Under the pieces are notes generated by a model. That model was not told where the DNA came from. It did not search any database and saw only the letters and a program-made list of their open reading frames with translations. A stretch of 62,305 nucleotides of DNA from Pseudomonadota bacterium (GTDB lineage Bacteria; Pseudomonadota; Gammaproteobacteria; Burkholderiales; Burkholderiaceae_D). A program made the position numbers and the translations under genes. This document shows, piece by piece, positions 1-9,824 of this stretch (position 1 is the stretch's first letter; the number at the start of each line of letters is the position of its first letter). The DNA lies in the NCBI GenBank assembly GCA_023392035.1, contig JAEVZY010000357.1, positions 1 to 62,305 of the forward strand. The letters run 5' to 3'.

Positions 1-60
1 ACACTGGCTGGGGCGGCCTGATTGGTTGAATGACTGGGGCCGGGGCAACGCCCTGCCGCT

Positions 61-402
61 CTAGCTCCTCTGCCAGATCCGCGCCGCGCAAGGATCCCCG
101 CCTTGCGTGCTCAGGAAGAACTTCACACCCTCGCGCCAGTTCAGCTCCAGGGCATATTGAAACGGCGTGAGGTAGCCGGCTTCCCGCTTTTCGGGCGCAT
201 AGGAAAACAATGCGCCGGCCCGCAGCAGGCATTCGCAGGCGGCGAAGTCCTTAGCCTCCACCGCATGATGCAGCGGCGTGCGGCCTTCGGGAGATAACTC
301 ATTGGGCGCGGCGCCCTGCTGCAGCAATTCCTCGCAGGCCGACACATCGCCACGGCCGGCCGCCGCGTGCAGGGGATAGGTTCTGGTGTCCTGGTTCATC
401 AC
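61..402 (-). CDS. Short ankyrin-repeat protein
   Basis: Ankyrin motifs YPLHAAAGRGD, GRTPLHHAVEAKD and TPFQYAL. Only 113 aa, so possibly truncated. Confidence 0.8.
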   Translation of the reverse strand: MMNQDTRTYPLHAAAGRGDVSACEELLQQGAAPNELSPEGRTPLHHAVEAKDFAACECLLRAGALFSYAPEKREAGYLTPFQYALELNWREGVKFFLSTQGGDPCAARIWQRS

Positions 403-447
403 TTCTTCGATCCAATCGCGTGTCCGGAAAGTATACGCAAACCGCGC

Positions 448-1758
448 TCAATGCGACTCGAAGCGCGAGCCTTGGTGCAACTCCAGGCGCAATTTTTCGC
501 GCGCCTCCAGCGCATCGACCAACGCCGCATAGGTCGCCAGGCTGGTCTCGCTCAAGCCCCTGCGCACCACCAGCAATTGGCCAATGCTGATCTCGCCGGC
601 CGCATAGGCGCGCCCGGCGCGGTCGGCCGCGCTTTGGTCCAGCGCCAAGGCCGCTTGATGGGCGCGCGCGGCCTGGTCAAGTCCAGTCACCGTGCGCACC
701 AGCACATCGAACTCGGCGCCCACCGTCTGCTCCACCAGGGCACGGCGGCGCGCACTGGCCTGGGCGTCGGCCGCGGCCGCGGCGGCGGCGGAGCGGCGAT
801 GCACCGAGCCGAGCGGCATCGAGACCGACAGGCCGGCAATGCGCTCGGCGCCGCCGCGTTCAACGATCACGAAAGCGCCCACGGTCGGATCCGGCTTGCG
901 CTCCAGATCGCTGCGGCGCGCGCTGCGTTGGGCAATCGCCTCGTCCGCCAGCGCCAGTCGCAAGGCGTGATTGGCTTGCAGGAAGCGCGTGCGCGTGCTG
1001 CTGTCGACGCCATTGCCGGGCGCCGCCGGCAGGGCCAGCAAGGACTGCGCTTCGCCGGGAAGGCCCAGCGCCGGAAAGCGCGCCCGCAATTCGGCTTGGG
1101 CCGCGTCCTGCGCCGTGCGGGCGCCGGCCAGCGCGGCGCGCGCGCGGGCCTCTTCGGCCTGCGCGATTTCCAGGTCCATCGGGGCGGCATCGCCGGCGCG
1201 CACGCGCTTGCCGGTCAGGGCTACCAGTTCTCCCGCCAGGCTTGCGCTGCGCGCCACGGCGGCGCTGGCCTGGCGTGTGCGCAGCAGCTTGAACCACAGC
1301 GCCAGCATCTGGCGCGCGGTTTCATGCTCGGCGTCATCCAGGGCAATCTCGCTTTGATTCAGCGTGGCCTCGGCCAGGGCCGCATCGGCATCGGACTTGC
1401 CCCACAGGCGCAGCGGGCGTTCGATGGCAAGCTGGCCTTCCGCAAAATTATCGGAAGGCTCGCGCACAAAGCGGTTCTGGCGGATGGCACGCACGACGTA
1501 TTCGGCGCTGCCGGCGCGTATGCCCTCGGCGCGCGCCGTGGCGCTTTCACGCATGGCGCGCGCGGCTGCCACCGCGGGCGATGCATCCAGCGTGGCGCGC
1601 ACTGCTGCCGCGCTGGGCAGATAGTCTTGCTCCGATGGTGCGAGCTCCGACGGTGCGACCTTCGATGGCGCGACCTCGGATTGCGCCCAGGCCGCGGATG
1701 CGCAGCCCAGGACGCATGCCAGAAAGCCCAGGCGCAGTTTCATATCGATCTTGTTCAT
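448..1758 (-). CDS. TolC/CzcC-family outer membrane efflux protein
   Basis: Signal peptide, Ala-rich helical body, AYAAGEISIGQLL motif; start overlaps the RND permease stop. Confidence 0.88.
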   Translation of the reverse strand: MNKIDMKLRLGFLACVLGCASAAWAQSEVAPSKVAPSELAPSEQDYLPSAAAVRATLDASPAVAAARAMRESATARAEGIRAGSAEYVVRAIRQNRFVREPSDNFAEGQLAIERPLRLWGKSDADAALAEATLNQSEIALDDAEHETARQMLALWFKLLRTRQASAAVARSASLAGELVALTGKRVRAGDAAPMDLEIAQAEEARARAALAGARTAQDAAQAELRARFPALGLPGEAQSLLALPAAPGNGVDSSTRTRFLQANHALRLALADEAIAQRSARRSDLERKPDPTVGAFVIVERGGAERIAGLSVSMPLGSVHRRSAAAAAAADAQASARRRALVEQTVGAEFDVLVRTVTGLDQAARAHQAALALDQSAADRAGRAYAAGEISIGQLLVVRRGLSETSLATYAALVDALEAREKLRLELHQGSRFESH

Positions 1759-4700
1759 TGTCCCTGCCCTCCTGCTGCGATTTGCGTCTGCGCCTGCCTG
1801 GCTTGCTTTGAAATTCCGTAGCGTTCAAACAGCAGCGGCAGCAGCAGCAAGGTCAAGGCGGTGGAGCTCACCAGGCCGCCGGACACCACGATCGCCAGCG
1901 GGCGCTGTATTTCCGACCCGGGACCGCTGGCCAGCAGCAGCGGAATCATGCCCAGCGCCGTGATGCAGGCGGTCATCAGCACCGGACGCAGGCGGTCATG
2001 CACGCCGCGCCGCACCGCTTGCGCCAGGTCCAGTCCCTCGCTCAGCAAGGCGTTGAAGTGCGACACCAGCACCACGCCATTGAGCACCGCAATCCCCAGC
2101 AAGGCGATGAAGCCGACCGAAGCCGGCACCGACAGGTACTGCCCGGAGATGCGCAAGGCGGCGATCCCGCCCACCAGCGCAAAGGGAATGTTGCCGATCA
2201 CCAGCAGCGCCTGGCGCATCGAGCCGAAGGTCAGCATCAGCAACAGGAAAATGGCGCCCAGCGCCAGCGGCACCACCAGGCCCAAGCGGGCGGCGGCGCG
2301 CTGCTGGTTTTCGAACTGGCCGCCCCAGACCACGCGCAAGTCCTTGGGCAGGTTCGGCAACCTGGCCACCGCCGCCTGGGCGTCGGCGACAAAGCCGGTC
2401 AGGTCGCGCCCGTCCACATTCACCTGGACGATGGCAAAGCGCGCGCCGTTTTCATGGTTGATGCGCACCGGGCCATCCAGGCGCCGCACTTCGGCCAGCG
2501 AAGTCAGCGGCCAGCTCGTGCCGTCGGGCGCCGTCACCGTCAGGCTCAGGAAGCGCTCGGGCGTCTGGCGCAAGTCATCGCTGCCGCGCAGGATCAGCGG
2601 CGTGCGCACCACGCCCTCGGGTACGATGCCGACGCGTTCGCCTTCCACCTGCGCCCGCAGCAAGGCTTGCAAGGCGTCGCCCGAGAGCCCGGCCTTGCCG
2701 ACGGCGGCACGGTCCACCGCCAGCGTCAGGTATTGCACGCCTTCACTGGCCGCGGCAATCACCTCGGCCGCGCCCGGCACCTTGCGCATCTGCTCGGCAA
2801 TGTCGCTGGCCGCCTGGTTGATGGCGTGCAGATCGTTGCCGAAGACCTTGATCGCAACGTCGCCGCGGGTGCCGGTGGTCATCTCGGCAACCCGCATTTC
2901 GATGGGCTGCGTGAAGCTGTAGATCAGGCCGGGAAAACGCTCCATCACCTTGCGGATCGCGACCGCAATGTCTTCCTTCGATCCGCGCCATTCGGACTTG
3001 GGTTTCAGCACCAGGAAGACGTCGGTCTCGTTCAGGCCCATCGGGTCCAGGCCCAGTTCGTCGGAGCCGATGCGGGCCACGATGGAGCGGATCTCCGGCA
3101 CCTCCGCCAGCAGCGCGGCCTGCACCCGGCGGTTCATGTCCAGCGATGCGTTGAGCGAAATCGAAGGCGCGCTCTGCAACTGCACGATGAGGTCGCCCTC
3201 ATCCATGGTCGGCATGAAGGTCTTGCCGACCGAAGCGTAGAGCGCAACGGCCAGCAGCAATGCGGCGCCGGCCAGGCTGAACACCAGCTTGGCGCGGCGC
3301 TGGCTGAAAGCTTGCAGCCGCTCGAAGCGGGCGGCAATCCAGCGCATCAGCCACGGCGCTTCGTCACCATGCGCGCGCAGCAGCAAGGAAGACAAAGCCG
3401 GCACCACGGTGAAGGCGATCACCACCGAGGCGGCCAGGGCCAGCACGATGGTCAGCGCCACCGGCGCAAACAGCTTGCCTTCCAGTCCCTGCAGCGTCAG
3501 CAAGGGCAGGAACACGATGGCGATGATGGATACGCCGGCCAACATCGGCGCCGCCACATTGCCCACGGCCTGGCGAATGATGGCCGGTCGCAGGTCGGCG
3601 TGCGTCTGTTCAGCATGCGCGCGCGCCAGGGCCGATTCGACGTTTTCCACCACCACCACCGCCGCGTCCACCAGCATGCCCAGCGCAATGGCCAGGCCGC
3701 CCAGGCTCATCAGGTTGGCGGTGAGCCCGGCGTAGCGCATCATCAGGAAGGTGGCGAGGATGGACAGCGGCAAGGTCGCCGCCACCACCAATGCGGCGCG
3801 CAGTCCGCCCAAAAACAGGTACAGCGTCACGATCACCAGCAGGCTGGCTTCCACCAGCGCCTTGACCACGGTATTGGCGGCGCGCGTCACCAGCGCGCCA
3901 CGGTCGTAGAACACGCGGGTGCTCATGCCCTTGGGCAGGCGCGGCGCCAGTTCGTCCAGCTTGGCCTGCACTTGCTTGACCACTTGCGACGCATCGGCGC
4001 CGCGCAGCGCCAGCACCAGGCCCTGCACCGCCTCGCCCTTGCCGTCCATGGATACCGCGCCGTTGCGCGTGGTGGCGCCCAGGCGCACGCTGGCGACGTC
4101 GGCCACCGCCACCGGCGCGCGGCCCTTGTCGGAAACCACCACGATGCGGCGCAAATCGTCCAGCCCGCGCACGCCGCCTTCCACCCGCACCACCCAGGTT
4201 TCGTCATGCTGTTCGACGCGGCCGGCGCCATCGTTGCGGTTGTTGCTCTCCAGTGCCTGGCGCAACTGCTCCAGCGTCACGCCGCGCGCGCGCAGGCGCG
4301 CCGGATCGGGAATCACTTCATAGCTGCGCACTTCGCCGCCCAGCGCATTGACGTCGGCCACGCCGGGCACGGTGCGCAGCGCCGGCCGGATCACCCAGTC
4401 CAGCACTTGCCGGCGCTCAGCCAGCGTATGGGCGTCGCCATCGACGGTGAACATGAACATCTCGCCCAAAGGCGTGGTGATGGGGGCCAGGCCGCCCACT
4501 GCGTTGTCCGGCAGGTCGCGCATCAGGCCGGCCAGGCGCTCCGTCACCTGCTGCCGCGCCCAGTAGGGATCGACGCCTTCTTCGAAATCGAGGGTAACGT
4601 CGCTGATGCCGTATTTCGACACCGAGCGCACGATGGTCTTGTGCGGAATGCCCAGCAGTTCCTGTTCAACCGGCGTGGTGACCCGCTGCTCCACTTCTTC

Positions 4701-4877
4701 CGGCGTCATGCCAGGAATCTTGAGGATGACCTTGACCTGGGTCGGCGCGATATCGGGAAAAGCATCGATCGGAAGATGCATATAGGCCAGGGCGCCGGCC
4801 AGTGCCAGCGCCGCCGCCGCGATCAACACCAGCAAGCGCTGGCGCAGCGCGGCTTCAACAATGCGCCCCACCATCAT
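1755..4877 (-). CDS. CusA/CzcA-family heavy-metal RND permease (system 1)
   Basis: 1040 aa; LPIDAFPDI, NLMSLGGLAIALGMLVDAAVVVVEN, RLRPVLMT and GSEIQRPLA motifs. Confidence 0.95.
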   Translation of the reverse strand: MMVGRIVEAALRQRLLVLIAAAALALAGALAYMHLPIDAFPDIAPTQVKVILKIPGMTPEEVEQRVTTPVEQELLGIPHKTIVRSVSKYGISDVTLDFEEGVDPYWARQQVTERLAGLMRDLPDNAVGGLAPITTPLGEMFMFTVDGDAHTLAERRQVLDWVIRPALRTVPGVADVNALGGEVRSYEVIPDPARLRARGVTLEQLRQALESNNRNDGAGRVEQHDETWVVRVEGGVRGLDDLRRIVVVSDKGRAPVAVADVASVRLGATTRNGAVSMDGKGEAVQGLVLALRGADASQVVKQVQAKLDELAPRLPKGMSTRVFYDRGALVTRAANTVVKALVEASLLVIVTLYLFLGGLRAALVVAATLPLSILATFLMMRYAGLTANLMSLGGLAIALGMLVDAAVVVVENVESALARAHAEQTHADLRPAIIRQAVGNVAAPMLAGVSIIAIVFLPLLTLQGLEGKLFAPVALTIVLALAASVVIAFTVVPALSSLLLRAHGDEAPWLMRWIAARFERLQAFSQRRAKLVFSLAGAALLLAVALYASVGKTFMPTMDEGDLIVQLQSAPSISLNASLDMNRRVQAALLAEVPEIRSIVARIGSDELGLDPMGLNETDVFLVLKPKSEWRGSKEDIAVAIRKVMERFPGLIYSFTQPIEMRVAEMTTGTRGDVAIKVFGNDLHAINQAASDIAEQMRKVPGAAEVIAAASEGVQYLTLAVDRAAVGKAGLSGDALQALLRAQVEGERVGIVPEGVVRTPLILRGSDDLRQTPERFLSLTVTAPDGTSWPLTSLAEVRRLDGPVRINHENGARFAIVQVNVDGRDLTGFVADAQAAVARLPNLPKDLRVVWGGQFENQQRAAARLGLVVPLALGAIFLLLMLTFGSMRQALLVIGNIPFALVGGIAALRISGQYLSVPASVGFIALLGIAVLNGVVLVSHFNALLSEGLDLAQAVRRGVHDRLRPVLMTACITALGMIPLLLASGPGSEIQRPLAIVVSGGLVSSTALTLLLLPLLFERYGISKQARQAQTQIAAGGQGQ

Positions 4878-5944
4878 TGCGCTCCTGCCAGCAGGCCTTT
4901 GAGTGCACCCAGGCCGGCGACCGCCACTTTGGCATTGGCCGGCAAGGCGCCGCGCACGGTGGCATAGGCGTCATCGCTGGATTCGACCATGACCGCTTGC
5001 CAGGCCACGCCGCCCTGCACTTCGACAAACACGCCGGCCTTGCCTTGCACCCAGGCCAGCGCCGTCACCGGTACCCGCAGCCTTGGAATGGCCTCGCCAC
5101 CGGTGTCGGCGGCCAGATGGATGATGGCGGCTACGTTTTCGCCGGCCTGCAAACTGCCGCGTTGCGCCAGCGTGGCGCGCACGCGCAGCGCCCCGGTGCC
5201 GTCGCCGGCCGGCACCACGCCGACCACCTTGCCGCTGGCACCGCGCTGCCGCACCTCGACCCGTTCGCCGCCACGGATGGGCGGCAGATCGCGGCCGACC
5301 AGCAGGTCAAGCTCGAGCGCGCTCGGATCGACAATCTTGAACAAGGGTGCCGCAGCTTCCACCCGCGTGCCCGGTACAGCATGAATTTCGGAGACCAGGC
5401 CGTCGCGCCCGGCCACCATGCGCGCTTCGCCGTTGGCGTTCAGTACCAGGCCGGCGGAGGCCAGCTCAGCCTGGCGCGCATGCAGCATGGCCGCGGCTTC
5501 GCGCGCGTGCGCCTGTGTGCTTTCCCAGCGGCTGGCGGCGATGATGCCGTCCGCATGCAATTGTCGATCGCGTTTCAAGGCCAGTTGCGCCAGCTCCGCC
5601 TGCGAACGCGCTGCGCTCAGGGCGCGGCTGGATTCATACAGTTGCGCACTGGTAAAGCTGGCCAGGGCCTGGCCCTTCTTCACCGGCTGGCCGATGGCCA
5701 CCAGCACCTGCGACACCATGCCGGGATAAGGCGCGGCCACCACATATTGCGCATCGGGGCGCAATACCACGCGGGCGCTGACACCCGCTTCCAGCCTGGC
5801 GGCGTTTTCGGCGGCGGCAAAGCGCACGCCAAGCGCCTGCGCCTGGGTGGGGTTCAAGGCCAGCGTGCGTGCCTGGGCCGGGGTGAGACATGCGAGCGCG
5901 GACGCGGCGATTGCGACAAGCGCCAAACAACGACGGAAAAACAT
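4874..5944 (-). CDS. RND periplasmic adaptor (membrane fusion protein)
   Basis: Signal peptide, lipoyl-like half motifs (GQPVKKGQAL), coiled coil; 4-nt overlap with the permease. Confidence 0.9.
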   Translation of the reverse strand: MFFRRCLALVAIAASALACLTPAQARTLALNPTQAQALGVRFAAAENAARLEAGVSARVVLRPDAQYVVAAPYPGMVSQVLVAIGQPVKKGQALASFTSAQLYESSRALSAARSQAELAQLALKRDRQLHADGIIAASRWESTQAHAREAAAMLHARQAELASAGLVLNANGEARMVAGRDGLVSEIHAVPGTRVEAAAPLFKIVDPSALELDLLVGRDLPPIRGGERVEVRQRGASGKVVGVVPAGDGTGALRVRATLAQRGSLQAGENVAAIIHLAADTGGEAIPRLRVPVTALAWVQGKAGVFVEVQGGVAWQAVMVESSDDAYATVRGALPANAKVAVAGLGALKGLLAGAQ

Positions 5945-6029
5945 TCCTGACTCCAGTGAAATCGAATGAGGATCACGCGCCGGCTGGTGGCAAGCGCGCG
6001 AACGGACCGCATGGCTGCGGTCGGATCAG

Positions 6030-6449
6030 TCAGGAATAAAGCGGAGGGGCTTGCGCGGGCGGCGGCCGGTTGCCGCTGCGCCATTTTTGAAGCTGCGCGG
6101 TGAAGCCACGCGGCAAGGGCCATGACAGGCATGCGCCCAGCACCAGGAGCATTGCACACAAAGCCAGCCAGCTTTCGATCAAGGCCGGATCGATATCCAG
6201 CGCATGGCTGGCGCGCTTGACGCCTTTTTCGACTTCAACCGAAAACGGCTCGCCATGCGGTGCCGAGACTTCCTGTGCACCGGAAGCTTCGTCCTGCAGG
6301 ACCTTGGACAGTCCCATGACTGGCACGTCAAGATGGAAGCCGCCCTGCAGCGGCGTTCCCATATGGGCGTGCAACAGCGGACCCAGGCAATGGATCGCGA
6401 TCAGGACGGTCAGGAAACCGAGTTTGACGAAGTGTGCGAGGCGCCCCAT
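6030..6449 (-). CDS. DUF2946-like leader protein with C-terminal QAPP motif
   Basis: N-terminal hydrophobic segment ending HCLGPLLHAH, a second hydrophobic stretch, C-terminus RPPPAQAPPLYS. Start uncertain (6449, 6485 or 6491). Confidence 0.7.
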   Translation of the reverse strand: MGRLAHFVKLGFLTVLIAIHCLGPLLHAHMGTPLQGGFHLDVPVMGLSKVLQDEASGAQEVSAPHGEPFSVEVEKGVKRASHALDIDPALIESWLALCAMLLVLGACLSWPLPRGFTAQLQKWRSGNRPPPAQAPPLYS

Positions 6450-6586
6450 GAGTATCCGTGGCAGGCGTGGGACCGGGGAAAGCATGAACACGCGAATGCT
6501 AGCACGCGCCCATGCGGCTCCGCCACCCGCAGCACGGCTTCATCGTCCCTGGAAGCTCGCGCTCCTCGCTGGCCAAAGCTTGCTTG

Positions 6587-7684
6587 CTACTTGGCCACCA
6601 CGCTCACCGTCTGCCCCGGCAAGACATCGACCATCCAGATGCCGGCGGTTTTCCGGACCGGCAGTTGCGTGCCGCTGGCGTCGCGCACCACCACGCCGGA
6701 GATGCCGGAGGCCAGCGTTGGAATCTGCACCGTCAAGGGCTCGGTGCAGGCGGGGTCGAAGTTGCCGTTCAGGCTGAGCCGCACCTGGGAACTGGAACTG
6801 AAATCGACCTGCAGCGCCGCCTGCTTGCGGCAGACTTGATAGCGGGCGACGTTGACGAAGGTGTCGATCCAGAGATCGTCGCCGAAGCCCTGCGCGTAAT
6901 CCAGATGGTCGTTCAGGAATTGACTGCTGACCGGGCTCCAGCCGTCGCCGTCTATGCCATGGCCGGCCGCCACATACCAACCGCCCTGGTCCACCATGTC
7001 GGCCAATTGCTGGTTCACGGTCGCCATGGTGTCTTCGGGCGTGCCATGGTTCAGGTCGAAGAAAGCCAAGGTGAAGGGCAAGTCATCGGTCGGGGTGCGG
7101 ATGGCGATGTGGGTCTGCAAGGCCAGCGCGCGCGCCTGCGGTGTGGATGAATGCCAGGGGAAGGCGAAGACGAGCGGCTTGCTGCCCAGCTTGTCGGCCA
7201 GGAGCTTTTGCGACTGCACGATTTCCGTGTTGAGCTGATCCGGGGTCAGGTCCGGCATGCCCAAATCAATTGTATGGGTCATGGAGTGATTGCCGATCTC
7301 ATGTCCGCGCGCCAGCAGGTCCTGCCAGCTTGCCCATTGGTCATCCGCCACCGCGCCGGCAATGATGTAGAAGGATGCCCGCAAGCCGCGCGCCTCGAAC
7401 ATATCGGCAATCGCAAAGCTGGAGGGATAGCCATCGTCAAAGGTGTAGGACGCGGCCGCTTTTTTTCCGCCCTTGAAGCTGGATACCGAGGCCTGGTTCA
7501 GATCCAGGCATTGAGTCAGGATCCGGCAGTTGACCTTGAGCGGCAATATCTCCTGCTGGGTACTGTCGCTGCCCGACAAAAGCGTGGACTGGAGGCCCCC
7601 GTCGGTGGAGCCGCCGCCGCAACCGGCGGCAAACATCGCAAGTACGAATGCGGCAATGCGTAAGCCCTCTCGCCTCGGCAACAT
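6587..7684 (-). CDS. Polysaccharide deacetylase (CE4/NodB) family lipoprotein
   Basis: TFDDG and HEIGNHSMTH motifs; lipobox-like FAAGC followed by GGGS. Confidence 0.85.
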   Translation of the reverse strand: MLPRREGLRIAAFVLAMFAAGCGGGSTDGGLQSTLLSGSDSTQQEILPLKVNCRILTQCLDLNQASVSSFKGGKKAAASYTFDDGYPSSFAIADMFEARGLRASFYIIAGAVADDQWASWQDLLARGHEIGNHSMTHTIDLGMPDLTPDQLNTEIVQSQKLLADKLGSKPLVFAFPWHSSTPQARALALQTHIAIRTPTDDLPFTLAFFDLNHGTPEDTMATVNQQLADMVDQGGWYVAAGHGIDGDGWSPVSSQFLNDHLDYAQGFGDDLWIDTFVNVARYQVCRKQAALQVDFSSSSQVRLSLNGNFDPACTEPLTVQIPTLASGISGVVVRDASGTQLPVRKTAGIWMVDVLPGQTVSVVAK

Positions 7685-8049
7685 CGGTCTTCACTCCCAA
7701 ATAAAAGGTCGGAAGGCACATGTTGATGAAGTGGCAAAATTTCCGGGTGAGAATGCTCAATTCCTGCGGGCCGCCAGTTTGTGGAATCTGCAAGACTGTT
7801 GCATTCGAAGTGGCGATCTGCAAAAAGCGCGAGGAATCTTCCTGCCCCTTGGGAAACACTTCGCCGCTTAATTAAGCGTTCCTTGTTTCATCGCAACCGA
7901 TCAGCGAAAACATTGTCTATTTCCCGAGCTACACTCATTTGAAGTGCCTTTGGGCGCTGCCATCGACAACAGGACTCCAGCCTGCCCCCGCATGCCGGAA
8001 CATAAACAGCCAACCACACAATCATCCCAACTGGAACAAGGAGCTGCGC

Positions 8050-9318
8050 ATGAACAAGCCTCTCGAAGGGCTACGTATCATTGACTTCACCCACGTCCAA
8101 GCAGGCCCTGCCTGTACCCAGATGCTCGCGTGGTTCGGCGCCGACGTCATCAAAGTGGAAAGGCCGGGTGCGGGCGATGTCACCCGCAATCAGTTGCGGG
8201 ACATTCCGGATGCCGATGCCCTGTACTTCACCATGCTCAACAGTAACAAGCGTTCCCTCACGCTCGATACGAAAACGCCGGAAGGCAAGGAAGTGCTGGA
8301 GAAGCTGATCAAGGTATCGGATGGCATGGTGGAAAAGTTCGGCCCGGGCGCGCTGGACCGCATGGGATTTTCCTGGGAAAGAATCCAGCAGTTGAATCCG
8401 AAGATGATCCTGGCCTCGGTCAAGGGTTTTTCCGAGGGTCACCATTATGAGGATCTGAAGGTCTACGAGAACGTCGCCCAATGTGCCGGCGGCGCCGCCT
8501 CCACCACCGGCTGGTGGAAAGGAGAAAACTCCGAGCCCACCATTTCCGCCGCCGCGCTGGGCGATTCCAACACCGGCATGCACCTGGCGATAGGCATCCT
8601 GACCGCCTATATCGGCCGCATGCAGACCGGCAAGGGCCAGAAGGTGGCAGTGGCGATGCAGGACGCGGTCTTGAACCTGTGCCGCGTGAAAATGCGCGAC
8701 CAGCAGCGCCTGGAGCGCATGGGCTACCTGGAAGAGTACCCGCAGTATCCGCATGAAATGGAGTACTTCAAGGATGGCGCCGTGCCGCGCGGCGGCAATG
8801 CCGGTGGCGGCGGCCAACCGGGATGGATCCTGAAGTGCAAGGGCTGGGAAACCGATCCCAACTCCTACATCTATTTCACGGTGCAAGACCATGCCTGGGC
8901 GCCGATCTGCGATGCACTCGGCAAGCCCGAGTGGAAGACCGATCCCGCCTACACCACGCCCAAGGCGCGCCAGCCGCACATCACCGAAATCTTCGCCACC
9001 ATCGAAGACTTCATCAAGGACAAGACCAAGTTCGAGGCGGTCAACCTGTTCCGCGCCCACGATATTCCGTGCGCGCCGGTACTGTCCATGAAAGAGCTGC
9101 TGCGGGATGAATCGCTGCGCAAATCGGGCTCCATCGTGGAAGTGCAACACCCGGTGCGCGGCTCGTACTTCACTGTGGGCAGCCCGATCAAGTTCTCGGC
9201 GCTCAAACCGGAGATCACGTCCTCGCCGCTGTTGGGGCAACACACAGATGAAGTGTTGGCGGGTCTGGGCTATAGCGAGCAGCAGATCAAGGACTTGCAC
9301 GCGCGCAAAGCGGTGTAG
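8050..9318 (+). CDS. frc: Formyl-CoA transferase (CoA-transferase family III)
   Basis: DFTHVQAGP, catalytic ALGDSNTG and the [10 protein letters not shown] glycine loop; AAGGAG before ATG 8050. Confidence 0.92.
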   Translation: MNKPLEGLRIIDFTHVQAGPACTQMLAWFGADVIKVERPGAGDVTRNQLRDIPDADALYFTMLNSNKRSLTLDTKTPEGKEVLEKLIKVSDGMVEKFGPGALDRMGFSWERIQQLNPKMILASVKGFSEGHHYEDLKVYENVAQCAGGAASTTGWWKGENSEPTISAAALGDSNTGMHLAIGILTAYIGRMQTGKGQKVAVAMQDAVLNLCRVKMRDQQRLERMGYLEEYPQYPHEMEYFKDGAVPRGGNAGGGGQPGWILKCKGWETDPNSYIYFTVQDHAWAPICDALGKPEWKTDPAYTTPKARQPHITEIFATIEDFIKDKTKFEAVNLFRAHDIPCAPVLSMKELLRDESLRKSGSIVEVQHPVRGSYFTVGSPIKFSALKPEITSSPLLGQHTDEVLAGLGYSEQQIKDLHARKAV

Positions 9319-9361
9319 TGGCCGATGTGGCGGCCGCTGTGGCGGCCGTTCCGCACCAGTC

Positions 9362-9391
9362 TGCCGGGTGCTGGTGAACCAGCGCCCGGCA
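9362..9391. terminator. GC-rich stem-loop between convergent genes
   Basis: TGCCGGGTGCTGGT-GA-ACCAGCGCCCGGCA, 14-nt arms with one G-U pair. No U-tract. Confidence 0.4.
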
Positions 9392-9408
9392 TCGGCACGC
9401 CAGAACTT

Positions 9409-9693
9409 CTAGGGCTGGTTCTCGGCCGGCAGCGAACGCCGGTCCAGCACGCGCGGGTCGCGCAAGCATTGCAAACGCTTGATGCGCACCACCAGCACTG
9501 CGCACAGCGCAAGCACTCCCAGGCAGATCAGCGCCAGCACGCGGTCTTCAAGGAAATAGCCGACGCATGCCGCAATCAGCAGCAGCACCAGGCACGCGTC
9601 CAGCGCCTGCTGGGAAGGCAAGGTGTCGCGGTGACAGTGCCAACAGGGCCGCTGGTCATTGGAAATCGCCGAGCCGCAAGCAAGACAGCGCAT
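9409..9693 (-). CDS. Small zinc-ribbon protein with two TM segments (94 aa)
   Basis: GGGGAGG before ATG 9693; CLAC-x10-CWHC, then two hydrophobic helices. Confidence 0.65.
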   Translation of the reverse strand: MRCLACGSAISNDQRPCWHCHRDTLPSQQALDACLVLLLIAACVGYFLEDRVLALICLGVLALCAVLVVRIKRLQCLRDPRVLDRRSLPAENQP

Positions 9694-9747
9694 GAGAGCC
9701 TCCCCGCGGAGCGAAGCTGTGCCAGCCTGCTCCCTGTCAACCCACCT

Positions 9748-9819
9748 ATCGAATCGAGCATTAAATTCGCGAGCATCAAATTCGCGACCATCGAATCCGC
9801 GACCATCGAATCCGCAACC
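9748..9819. repeat. Degenerate 15-bp tandem repeat (4 units plus a 12-bp partial)
   Basis: ATCGAATCGAGC ATTAAATTCGCGAGC ATCAAATTCGCGACC ATCGAATCCGCGACC ATCGAATCCGCAACC. Confidence 0.85.
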
Positions 9820-9824
9820 GAAGA

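Noticed and set aside
1633..1680. 15-bp coding repeat (SEVAP SKVAP SELAP) in the TolC N-terminus
   Set aside because: Low-complexity linker after the signal peptide; probably neutral.
1998..4967. 989-aa plus-strand ORF (similarly 367..1821 and 4802..5950)
   Set aside because: Antisense shadow of the RND genes caused by GC-rich codon bias; no motifs.
7753..7875. 40-aa Cys-rich ORF (MLNSCGPPVCGICK...) upstream of frc
   Set aside because: Weak RBS, lies in a divergent promoter region, and has no modifying enzymes nearby.
9326..9348. TGTGGCGGCCG twice at 12-bp period after frc
   Set aside because: Short GC-rich duplication with no functional evidence.
9748..9819. Possible CRISPR array
   Set aside because: Contiguous 15-bp units with no spacers and no cas genes.
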